This document shows positions 17,594-26,453 of a stretch of DNA of 64,000 bases, piece by piece; within the stretch, counting starts at the first letter, position 1, and each line of letters starts with the position of its first letter. The stretch lies in contig VXMB01000009.1 of NCBI GenBank assembly GCA_009841265.1, positions 1,725,235 through 1,789,234 on the forward strand, in the 5' to 3' direction. This DNA is from Gemmatimonadota bacterium (GTDB lineage: Bacteria > JAAXHH01). The notes below the pieces were generated by a model. The model saw only the letters and a program-made list of their open reading frames with translations. It was not told the DNA's origin and did not search any database. Position numbers and translations under genes: made by a program.

Positions 17594-19942
17594 CTATTCT
17601 GACATGGCCTGTCCGAAGGGTATGGACATGCCGAAAGTGACGTTGCGGCCCGGATTGTCGATGTAGTACCTGAAACGGCTCAGGTAGTCCCGGTACCGCT
17701 GGTTGAACAGGTTGCGAACGCCGAACTGCACGCGCACGGGCTGGTCGGCCACGGCTATTTCAGCGTGCAGGTCCAGGTCGAAGAGCTCGTAGCCGGCCGG
17801 CGGGTCCGCATAGTCGATGCCTTCGGGAAAGTTGTCCTGCCTCAAGACGAAACGGCCTTCGAACCCAATCCCGGCGTCGAGGAGCCGCCCGCCGGTGGGC
17901 AGGTGGAAACTCAAGCCGGCGATGAACCGGGTGGCCGGCATCTGGTACAGGGGCTGGCGTTCCACCGTATTTCGTCCCCGGACGAACGAAGCGGACAAAT
18001 GGGTGTCGATGTGCGGCGTCAGTTCGTATTCCAGGTACCCGTCGAATCCCTGGATCACCGCGTCGGACTGGACGTAGGTGAATTTGGGAAATGCGCCCCT
18101 GATGGTTAAGACGAGATCGTCCGCCGGCAACAGGGAGATGTAGTTGCTGTATTGGGAACGGAAAAGCCCCAGTTCGCCGCGGCCCCGGTCCCCCTGGTAC
18201 CGCAAGGTCAGGTCCGTGTTCAGGCTCGATTCCGTGCCCAGTTCCTTGTCCCCGATCTCGAACTGCGCGGTGCCGTGGTGGACGCCGTGGCTGTACAATT
18301 CGTTCACCCCTGGCGGCCGCCAGGCCCGGCCGACGTTGGCGGCGACGGCCGTGTTCGGCGTCAACTCGTAGATCAGGCCGAGCACACCGGTCATGTTGCT
18401 GTAGGTGAAAACGCCGCCATCCACGATCTCGGTGGCGCGGCGACCCGTGTTCGAGTAGATCTCCATCCACCGGTAGTCGTAACGCAGTCCGGTCTCCACC
18501 GTCGTTTTTCCCTTCGTCCAGGACTCCAGGGCGAACACGCCGGCACTGTAGGCCAGAAAGTCGGGAATCAGGAAACCGGTACTGAAGCGCTTGTTCTCCT
18601 GGCGCATGCCGCTGACGCCGACTTTTCCGTACCAGTTTCCGAAGTTGCGGTGCTGGAAGATCGCGTCGCCGCTGTGGGTCTGTAGCCCCTGGGAGAAGCC
18701 GGGTCTGGCCACCCCGCCGCTCCTGGCGTGGGAGTCCCATTCCTCCCGCCGGTTGTATTGTTGTCCGTACCGGAGTTCGAGATTGCCCTTCCCTTCAATA
18801 CGTACAAGAGATCGAACGGAAAGGAGATCGTGGTCCACCCGCTGGCACGGATTATCGATTTCGTAGGTGAAGGAGCCCACGATGGTCGGCTCGCCGCGCT
18901 CGATGGACCTTCGCAGGTCCGTGGTGTTGCCGATGTGGGCCCCTTTGAAGATCCCGATCCAGGTACCGAAATGGCTGAAGTAGGCTTCGGTGTCCACGCG
19001 GTCCGACGTATAGCCCAGCGCCATCGAATAGTCCCGCTCGTCGAACCCGGAATTCCGTATGACGTGGACCGGCGCGTGGGCGTCGCCCGCCCGGCGCAGG
19101 CTACCCTGGACCCTCCACTTGAGTCCCCCAAGCTGCCGCAGAGCGCCCTGCAGGAGCAGAGAGCCCGCGCCTTGCCGGTTGTTGGAGAAGAGGTTCGTGT
19201 TGATCCGGCCGCCCATGCCCGGCCTCGTGGGCAGTTCCGGCGGTTCGATGCGGATGACGCCGCCGATGGCGCCGGCGCCGTATTGCACGCCGGCGGCGCC
19301 CTTGAGCACCTCGATGCGGGCCGGGGAAAAGGGATCGATCTCCGGGGCGTGGTCTCCGCCCCACTGCTGTCCTTCCTGGGTAATGCCGGCGTTGAGTACC
19401 AGCACCCGGGCGCTGTGGACGCCTCGCAGCACAGGTTTCGATACGGCCGGCCCCGTAGTCAGGGAGGTTACGCCTGGCAGGGATTCCAGTGTCTCGCCCA
19501 CCGTCTGTCCCCGCCGCTCTTCCAGGTCGGAGAGGGGGAGGACGAGGACGGACTGGCTGGACCCGGTGAGTTCGCCCGCCAGGTCCCGGTCGCCGGTGAC
19601 GGTGACCTCCTCGCCGAGCAGCGCCTCAGGCTGCATGCTGACTTCAAGCACCTTCGGCTCGGTTTCGGAGACGACCACCTCGCTTCGGATCGTTCGGTAA
19701 CCGACGAACCGGAACTCGATCGTGTGCCTGCCCACCGGCACGTTCTCCAGGCGAAACCGGCCTTCCTCGTCGGAGAACGCTCCGATCTCGAGATCGGGCA
19801 GGATAACGGTCACCGCCGGCAGTGGCTCTCCAGTCTCGTTCAGCACCTTTCCGCTCACCGTGGCGGCATGCGCTTCGACCGGAAGTACCAGACAGGACAC
19901 GGCTATCGCCAGTATGACGCTCAGGGTTTTCGTTGCATTCAT
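17594..19942 (-). CDS. TonB-dependent receptor, cassette copy 2
   Basis: Close paralog of 13662-16010 with long identical peptide blocks; ATG 19942 (MNATKTL). Confidence 0.92.
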   Translation of the reverse strand: MNATKTLSVILAIAVSCLVLPVEAHAATVSGKVLNETGEPLPAVTVILPDLEIGAFSDEEGRFRLENVPVGRHTIEFRFVGYRTIRSEVVVSETEPKVLEVSMQPEALLGEEVTVTGDRDLAGELTGSSQSVLVLPLSDLEERRGQTVGETLESLPGVTSLTTGPAVSKPVLRGVHSARVLVLNAGITQEGQQWGGDHAPEIDPFSPARIEVLKGAAGVQYGAGAIGGVIRIEPPELPTRPGMGGRINTNLFSNNRQGAGSLLLQGALRQLGGLKWRVQGSLRRAGDAHAPVHVIRNSGFDERDYSMALGYTSDRVDTEAYFSHFGTWIGIFKGAHIGNTTDLRRSIERGEPTIVGSFTYEIDNPCQRVDHDLLSVRSLVRIEGKGNLELRYGQQYNRREEWDSHARSGGVARPGFSQGLQTHSGDAIFQHRNFGNWYGKVGVSGMRQENKRFSTGFLIPDFLAYSAGVFALESWTKGKTTVETGLRYDYRWMEIYSNTGRRATEIVDGGVFTYSNMTGVLGLIYELTPNTAVAANVGRAWRPPGVNELYSHGVHHGTAQFEIGDKELGTESSLNTDLTLRYQGDRGRGELGLFRSQYSNYISLLPADDLVLTIRGAFPKFTYVQSDAVIQGFDGYLEYELTPHIDTHLSASFVRGRNTVERQPLYQMPATRFIAGLSFHLPTGGRLLDAGIGFEGRFVLRQDNFPEGIDYADPPAGYELFDLDLHAEIAVADQPVRVQFGVRNLFNQRYRDYLSRFRYYIDNPGRNVTFGMSIPFGQAMSE

Positions 19943-20039
19943 GGGAAACCCTCTGGCGCGCGATTCCACGAACAGATCACTCTGCAAGCAACTCACACTG
20001 CATTAAGACTACTTAACGTGTTAAATGCTACCAGACGTA

Positions 20040-20690
20040 TTAACGCACGAGGACTTCGAAGGTCACGTCGATGTCCGTCTCGTCGCTCTGGTTCACGCCG
20101 TCCTTGGGTGCTTCATCAAAGTGACTCAGAATGATGCGTAACTGGCCGTTCTGCGCGTTGTCCGGCACGGAAAGGGTAAACGCGAGGCCAACGGGATGGT
20201 CCGCTCCCGAATTCGACACGTAATCGGATTCCTTGTCCGCATACTCGACGGTAGCCGCTGAGAATCCCCCGAGGGTCTCAAAGAAGAACTGGTGGGCCTC
20301 AGCTTCCTCTTCCACCTCCTCGGTGATGTTCTCCGGCGGGGTTTCGGTCTCGTTCAATACCTCGACCATACCGTTGTAATCCGTTCCGGAAGTTACGGCC
20401 AGCACGTCCACGACCGGCTCGTTGCCGCCTTCACCGTCCAGGTCACGGAATCGCACGGTTATCGGCGATCCTCCGCCACTGGGCGTAAGGGTGATCGCAA
20501 GCGTCGTGATGAGTTCTTCTTCGCCCGGTCCGTGGTCGTGGTCGTCGTCATGGTCGTCTTCCTCATGTTCTTCCGGATCGGAAGGACCGGTGGGACTGTC
20601 GTCGTCATCGGCGCAGCCGAACGTCAACGCGGCGGAGACGAATACGGCGGCGGTCAGGATGGTCAGTACGTTCCAGTGATGCCTGAACAT
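20040..20690 (-). CDS. His/Asp-rich lipoprotein, cassette copy 2
   Basis: Lipobox LTFG-C, ADDDD, HEEDDHDDDHDHG tract; paralog of 16092-16751. Confidence 0.85.
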   Translation of the reverse strand: MFRHHWNVLTILTAAVFVSAALTFGCADDDDSPTGPSDPEEHEEDDHDDDHDHGPGEEELITTLAITLTPSGGGSPITVRFRDLDGEGGNEPVVDVLAVTSGTDYNGMVEVLNETETPPENITEEVEEEAEAHQFFFETLGGFSAATVEYADKESDYVSNSGADHPVGLAFTLSVPDNAQNGQLRIILSHFDEAPKDGVNQSDETDIDVTFEVLVR

Positions 20691-20987
20691 ATCGAGCTTC
20701 TCCTCAATGTGTTGCGTAGCGTGGGTTGAATTGATGCTGCTGTGTGAATCAAACGGCTATTGCGACTATGCACTTGCCAACGGTCTCGATCCGGGCCGGC
20801 GTCAGGACCGGTGCGACCATGATCGGTGCTACCTCGACCGGGATCAGCGCGGCCAGCGACGTGACCGTCTTCAAATCCTATGCCGAGCCGGTGAACGGCC
20901 TGGACGAAATGAATCGGTTAAGTTTGTTATGGTCGCGGACCGTGCCGAGTGGATTTGGCGATCGGCCGGAGCCTGCGGAGTGTCAGG

Positions 20988-21257
20988 TCAGGGAAGAGGC
21001 GGTGCGCGGTTGAGGTGCTGCGCGTTACGTGTCTGGGGGTACCCGGTTTCAGGCGCGCCGGCCACGAAGCCGACCAACGCGTGGTCCGGGGGCGAATCAG
21101 GCGAATCTTCTAGCACCGCGGAGGATGCGGCACCTAAAAGACACCCCTGGCAGTGGTCTGCATTCGCGGCGTCCGATTCCAGTCCATGACAGTGATGCGG
21201 CGGACTGGTGAATAGAAAGGCGAATACCAGGACGAAAGAGAGCGTAAGCAATTTCAT
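20988..21257 (-). CDS. DUF2946-like leader ORF with HCxxC and C-terminal RAPP, copy 2
   Basis: 89 aa from ATG 21257: MKLLTLSF...PPHHC...HCQGC...NRAPPLP. Confidence 0.85.
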   Translation of the reverse strand: MKLLTLSFVLVFAFLFTSPPHHCHGLESDAANADHCQGCLLGAASSAVLEDSPDSPPDHALVGFVAGAPETGYPQTRNAQHLNRAPPLP

Positions 21258-21335
21258 GCCGGACTCGTCACGCGGAAAACGGACCCATCGAATATGGTGC
21301 AATTTTCGAGATTTTTAGCTTGTTTCAGTCACGTA

Positions 21336-21364
21336 ATATTGCGCCAATTCAGCCGATTTGTCAA
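21336..21364 (-). promoter_or_regulatory. Putative promoter of cassette 2 with overlapping near-palindrome CGTAATATTGCG (21331-21342)
   Basis: TTGACA (21364-21359), 17 bp, CAATAT. Confidence 0.45.
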
Positions 21365-21393
21365 GTGATTTCGCGCCTTCGCACAATACGGAC

Positions 21394-21422
21394 TTGACAC
21401 GGACAGGGCCCCTTGTTATTAT
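21394..21422 (+). promoter_or_regulatory. Near-consensus sigma70 promoter of ABC operon
   Basis: TTGACA-17 bp-TATTAT with TGn extension. Confidence 0.65.
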
Positions 21423-21514
21423 CCGACGCCGCGAAAAAAGCAACGCGAAAAATGCGCGGACATCTGCTTTTAAACGCAAGAAAAGGAGCGAGAACAGGGG
21501 TGTCCGGGAAAACC

Positions 21515-22324
21515 ATGATCGAAGCGAAGGACCTATGCAAGTACTACGGTTCCTTCGTCGCCGTGCAAGACATCTCCTTTACCATACCCGAGGGCCAGAT
21601 CGTGGCCTTCCTCGGACCGAACGGCGCGGGCAAGTCCACGACGATGAAGATCCTCAGCGGCTACCTGGGCGCCAGCGCGGGCACCGCGGCCATCGCCGGA
21701 CTCGACGTGAGACGGGACCGCCTCTCCATGTCAAGGCGTCTTGGATACCTCCCGGAGAACGGTCCGCTGTACCAGAACATGACACCGCTGGAACTCCTGC
21801 GGTTCTTCGGCGAGGCCCGTGGTCTCGATCGACTCCGGCTGTCCGAGCGCCTGGATTACGTCATCGACCGGTGCAGCCTCCACGAAGCGCTCGAAAAACC
21901 CATCGACAAGCTTTCCCGGGGCAACAAGCAGCGGGTCGGTCTGGCGCAGGCCCTGCTCCACGACCCCGATGTGCTCATCATGGACGAACCGACCGCCGGG
22001 CTCGATCCCAACCAGATCCGGGACTTCCGCCAGGATATCCGGTTGCTCGGGCAGACCAGGACCATCCTGCTTTCCACCCACATCCTGCAGGAAGTGGACC
22101 TCATCGCCGACCGCGTTCTCCTGATCAACGAGGGCAGGATAGTCTTCGATGGCCCGCCTGCCGATCTGCGTCGCGGCGGATCGCTCGAAGCGTCTTTCCA
22201 CGCCCTTACCGGACACGAAGGGGAGGCGTCGAGTGGCGAGAGTGGCGTGAGTGGCGAGGCGGCGTCGAATGACGAAGCGGCGTCGGGTGGCGTGACCGGA
22301 CACGGCGAGGAGGCGGACGAATGA
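21515..22324 (+). CDS. ABC transporter ATP-binding protein (GldA-like)
   Basis: GPNGAGKST, LSRGNKQR, LIMDEPT, LSTH; low-complexity C-tail. Confidence 0.92.
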   Translation: MIEAKDLCKYYGSFVAVQDISFTIPEGQIVAFLGPNGAGKSTTMKILSGYLGASAGTAAIAGLDVRRDRLSMSRRLGYLPENGPLYQNMTPLELLRFFGEARGLDRLRLSERLDYVIDRCSLHEALEKPIDKLSRGNKQRVGLAQALLHDPDVLIMDEPTAGLDPNQIRDFRQDIRLLGQTRTILLSTHILQEVDLIADRVLLINEGRIVFDGPPADLRRGGSLEASFHALTGHEGEASSGESGVSGEAASNDEAASGGVTGHGEEADE

Positions 22325-25041
22325 ACCTCGGCCCGGCAAACCGAATCAACGTCCGGCTGGTGGCGGCCATCGTCCGAAGGGACCTGCGCCTGGCCTTCAG
22401 CAATCCCACGGGATACGTCTTCGTTACGCTGTTCATCTTCCTCAGCGCGGCCGCCGCGTTCTGGCAGGTCCCGTTCTTCCTGAACAACCTGGCGAACCTC
22501 GATCAGCTGAACGCCGTGTTCCCCTACCTGCTGCTCTTCTTCATCCCGGCGCTGACCATGGGCGTCTGGGCCGAGGAAACCCGGCAGGGTACGGATGAAC
22601 TGCTGCTTACGCTCCCGGCGACGGACCTGGAAATCGTCCTCGGAAAATACCTCTCGGTGGTGGGCGTCTATACGGCCTCGCTCGTGCTGTCCCTGACCCA
22701 CGTGCTGGTCCTGATGTTTCTCGGCAGTCCCGACCTTGGGCTCATGGCCGGAAATTACCTCGGATACTGGCTCGCCGGCGCCGCCCTGATCTCCGCCGGC
22801 ATGCTGGCGTCCCTGCTGACCTCGCACGTCACCATCGCCTTCATCCTCGGCGCGCTGTTCTGCGCCGCCTTCGTACTCATCGGACCCATAGCCGGCGGAA
22901 TCAGCGACGGACTGCGGAGCCTGCTGTCGCCCCTGGGGTTATTTACCGCCTTCGACGACTTCGCGCGCGGCGTCGTCAGTTTCTCCGGACTGGTCCACTT
23001 CGTCTCCGTCGCCGGTCTGATGCTGTATCTCAACGTGGTGCTGATCGGTCGGCGCCACTGGCCCGTGCAGGCCGGCGGATACCGGATGGGGATCCACCAC
23101 GGCGCGAGGGCGGCGGCCCTCGTGGCGGTGGTAATCGGACTGAACGTCATCCTGGGCCGGGCGGGCGTCCGCCTGGACGTAACCGCCGAAGGGCTCCATT
23201 CGCTTTCAGACGAGACCGTGCAGATGCTGTCGGAGCTGGACCCGGAGCGTCCCGTATTCATCCAGGCCTTCGTGAGTCCGGAGGTGCCGGAGTCCTACGT
23301 ACAGACCCGATCGAGCCTGATCGACGTGCTCAAGGAGCTGGACGCCGTGGGCGGCAGCCGGGTCCAGGTTCGGATCCAGGCCACGGAGATGTACACTCCC
23401 GAGGCCCGGGAGGCCAGTGAGCGATTCGGCATAACTCCCCGCGAGCTGCCGGACCTGCGCAGTGCCCGATCGGGGTTCACGAACGTCTTCGCCGGGATCG
23501 CCGTTACCTGCGGCCCCGAGGAACAGGTGATCGGGTTCCTGGACACCGGACTCCCCGTCGAGTACGAACTGGTGCGCAGTCTGCGCGTGGCCGCCCGGGC
23601 GGACCGCGCGAAACTCGGCATACTCGCCACGGAAGTGCGGCTTTTCGGGGGATTCGATTTCAACACCATGCAGAGCCGCCAGCCCTGGGCCATGACCGAA
23701 GAGCTGCGCAAGCAGTACGACGTGGTGCAGGTCCAGCCCCAGGAGGACTATCCCGACGACCTGGACGTGCTCCTGGCCGCCCTGCCCAACACCCTGACCC
23801 AGCCCGAAATGGACCGGCTGTCGGACTACATCGCCTCGGGGAACCCCACGCTGCTCCTGACGGACCCGCTGCCCTCCTTCAACCTGGCCCTTTCCCCTTC
23901 CGAGCAGAAGGGGGCAAGCGCCAATCCCTTCGCCGGCAACCAGCAGCCCGCTCCCGTGCCGAAGGGCGATATCCAGGGCCTGCTGCGCAGGTTCGGCGTG
24001 GAATGGACCACCGGCCTGATCGTATGGGACCAGTATAACCCCCACCCCGGCATGGCCCACCTCCCGCCGGAAGTGGTCTTCGCGTCCCCGGGCAACGAGA
24101 ATCCGGACACCTTCAACCAGGAAGCCGTCAGCACCGCGTCGTTGCAGGAACTCGTCTTCATCTTCCCGGGCCGGCTGCAGCATGCCGGCTCGGCGGACTT
24201 CACGTTCACCCCCCTGGTACAAAGCGGCATCATGTCGGGGCTGACCGCCTATTCCCAGCTCGTTCAGCGCAACTTCTTCGGCGGTTCGCAACTGGTGCTC
24301 ACCAATATCCCGCGGCGCGCTAGTCAGAACGCCTACACGGTGGCGGCCCACGTCACGGGCAACGCGGATGGCACCGCGGCCACGGACGACGCGGCCGGGG
24401 AAGGCGCGGTGGGAACCGGAGTAAGTACGCCGGTCAACCTGGTCGTCGTGGCCGACGTGGATTTCGCTTCGCAGCAGTTCTTCGACATACGCCGCATGGG
24501 CGCCGCCGGGCTAAGCTTCGACAACGTCACCTTCTTCCTTAACCTCATGGACGTTCTGGTCGGTGACGAGTCCTTCATCGCCCTGCGCAGCAAGCGGGTG
24601 CGTTACCGCACGCTCGAGACCGTCGAAAGGCAGACCATGGCCTATACGGAGCAACGGGTCAGGGACGAGGACGCCGCCGAGGAGGAGGCGCAGGCGGCAC
24701 TGGACCAGGCCCGCCGCCGGCTCACGGCCCGGGTGGACGAGGTCCGCCAGCGGACCGACCTGGACGAACAGACCCGGCGGATCATGGTCCGCAACCTGGA
24801 GGAAGTGGAGAATCGGCGGTTCGAGACGCTGCAGACCAATATCGAGGCCGAAAAGGAAGCCAGGATCCAGGAAAGCAAGGAGATGATGGAAAGCCAGGTC
24901 CGGCTGATCCAGAACACCATAAAGAACCTGGCCGCCCTGCTTCCGCCCGTGCCGGTCTTCCTCCTGGGCGTATTCATCTTCCTCCGGCGCAGGCGTCGCG
25001 AAAACGAAGCGGCCGCCGCCGCGCGGAGGTTGAGGAGCTGA
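22321..25041 (+). CDS. ABC-2 permease fused to GldG-like periplasmic domain (GldF-GldG-like)
   Basis: PTGYVF, AEETRQGTDELLLTLP, LGKY; RLDVTAEGLHSLS, DVDF, FFLNLMDVL. Confidence 0.8.
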   Translation: MNLGPANRINVRLVAAIVRRDLRLAFSNPTGYVFVTLFIFLSAAAAFWQVPFFLNNLANLDQLNAVFPYLLLFFIPALTMGVWAEETRQGTDELLLTLPATDLEIVLGKYLSVVGVYTASLVLSLTHVLVLMFLGSPDLGLMAGNYLGYWLAGAALISAGMLASLLTSHVTIAFILGALFCAAFVLIGPIAGGISDGLRSLLSPLGLFTAFDDFARGVVSFSGLVHFVSVAGLMLYLNVVLIGRRHWPVQAGGYRMGIHHGARAAALVAVVIGLNVILGRAGVRLDVTAEGLHSLSDETVQMLSELDPERPVFIQAFVSPEVPESYVQTRSSLIDVLKELDAVGGSRVQVRIQATEMYTPEAREASERFGITPRELPDLRSARSGFTNVFAGIAVTCGPEEQVIGFLDTGLPVEYELVRSLRVAARADRAKLGILATEVRLFGGFDFNTMQSRQPWAMTEELRKQYDVVQVQPQEDYPDDLDVLLAALPNTLTQPEMDRLSDYIASGNPTLLLTDPLPSFNLALSPSEQKGASANPFAGNQQPAPVPKGDIQGLLRRFGVEWTTGLIVWDQYNPHPGMAHLPPEVVFASPGNENPDTFNQEAVSTASLQELVFIFPGRLQHAGSADFTFTPLVQSGIMSGLTAYSQLVQRNFFGGSQLVLTNIPRRASQNAYTVAAHVTGNADGTAATDDAAGEGAVGTGVSTPVNLVVVADVDFASQQFFDIRRMGAAGLSFDNVTFFLNLMDVLVGDESFIALRSKRVRYRTLETVERQTMAYTEQRVRDEDAAEEEAQAALDQARRRLTARVDEVRQRTDLDEQTRRIMVRNLEEVENRRFETLQTNIEAEKEARIQESKEMMESQVRLIQNTIKNLAALLPPVPVFLLGVFIFLRRRRRENEAAAAARRLRS

Positions 25042-25043
25042 AC

Positions 25044-26453
25044 ATGGACGAGACACGCAAGACCCTGGCCTTCGTCGCCGCGGCGGTCGTAGTGACCGCC
25101 GCCGCCTTCCTGGCGGCTCCGGCCGACCCGACGCCGGAAGCTTTCTCGGACCGCGGCGAGGCTTTCTTTCCGGACTTCGTCGATCCGAACGACGCGGTCT
25201 CCCTCGAGGTCATCGACTTCGACGAAGCGACGGGAGGCATCGTCGCTTTCAGCGTGGCGTTCAAAGGAACGCGCTGGCGCATTCCCTCCCATCACAACTA
25301 CCCCGCCGACGACAAGGACCGCCTCGCCCGCACGGCCGCCGGACTCATCGAGGTCCGCAAGGACGACGTGGTCGCCGAGATCGCCGCGGACCACGAAGCA
25401 CTGGGCGTGGTGGACCCGCTGGACGAGTCGATCGCCTCCCTGTCGGGACGCGGCAAGCGCGTTACGATCAAGGATGGAAACGATAACCTGCTCGCCGACC
25501 TCATCGTCGGCAGGAACGTCCCGGGCCGGGAAGGCCAGTACCGCTACCTCCGGGTACCCGGCCAGAAGCGGACCTACGCGGCGCGGTTCGACGTGGACGT
25601 ATCCTCCCGGTTCGGCGACTGGATCGAAAAGGACCTGCTGGAAGTGGACCAGGCGCGTATCGACCAGGTGATTCTGAAAGACTACTCCATAGACGAGGGC
25701 ACCCGCATGTTGAACCAGCGCGACACGATCGTGCTGTCGAAAGGGGACGCCGACTGGACGGCCAACCGCATGCGGACCGGGCAGCAGGTCGACGCCGTAA
25801 AGATGGAAGACCTGCTCAAGGCCCTGGACGAGTTGACCATCGTGGGCGTCCGGCCCAAGCCCGCCGGTCTTACCCGGAGCCTGGAAGACAACGACGAAGG
25901 CATCAGCATTACCCGCGGCGATCTGGCCTCGTTACAGCAGAAGGGTTACTACTTCACGGGGGACGGCCAGCTGGTCTCCAACGAAGGCGAAACCCAGGTC
26001 CGCACGGAGGACGGCGTCCTCTACACGCTGCGGTTCGGGGAGATCGTGTACGGCGCGGGAGACGAGGTCACGGCCGGTCTGGCAGGCGCGAGTAGTGCGG
26101 GCGGTCTGGGCGGCTCGGGCGGCCCCGGCGGATCAGGAGCCGGAAGCCCCGCGGGACCGGGCGAGAACCGGTACCTGTTCATCACGACCGGATTCGACGC
26201 CGGCCTCTTCCCGGAACCGTCCAGGCCCGCTGACCTGGGATTCCAGGCCCGGGCGGACTCCCTCTGGACCAATGCCGACCGGACCAATGCCGATCTACAC
26301 GAAGAACACGAGACCTGGCGGCAGCGCGTCGATACGGGACGCCGGACCTCCGCGGACTTGAACGCCCGTTTCGCCCAGTGGTACTACGTCATATCCGCGG
26401 AGAGCTTCGACCGGATCCGCCTGAGGCGCACCGACCTGGTAACCTCCGAGTAA
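25044..26453 (+). CDS. DUF4340-type protein
   Basis: N-terminal TM anchor, WRIPSHHNYPAD, typical third gene of Gld-like ABC operons. Confidence 0.7.
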   Translation: MDETRKTLAFVAAAVVVTAAAFLAAPADPTPEAFSDRGEAFFPDFVDPNDAVSLEVIDFDEATGGIVAFSVAFKGTRWRIPSHHNYPADDKDRLARTAAGLIEVRKDDVVAEIAADHEALGVVDPLDESIASLSGRGKRVTIKDGNDNLLADLIVGRNVPGREGQYRYLRVPGQKRTYAARFDVDVSSRFGDWIEKDLLEVDQARIDQVILKDYSIDEGTRMLNQRDTIVLSKGDADWTANRMRTGQQVDAVKMEDLLKALDELTIVGVRPKPAGLTRSLEDNDEGISITRGDLASLQQKGYYFTGDGQLVSNEGETQVRTEDGVLYTLRFGEIVYGAGDEVTAGLAGASSAGGLGGSGGPGGSGAGSPAGPGENRYLFITTGFDAGLFPEPSRPADLGFQARADSLWTNADRTNADLHEEHETWRQRVDTGRRTSADLNARFAQWYYVISAESFDRIRLRRTDLVTSE

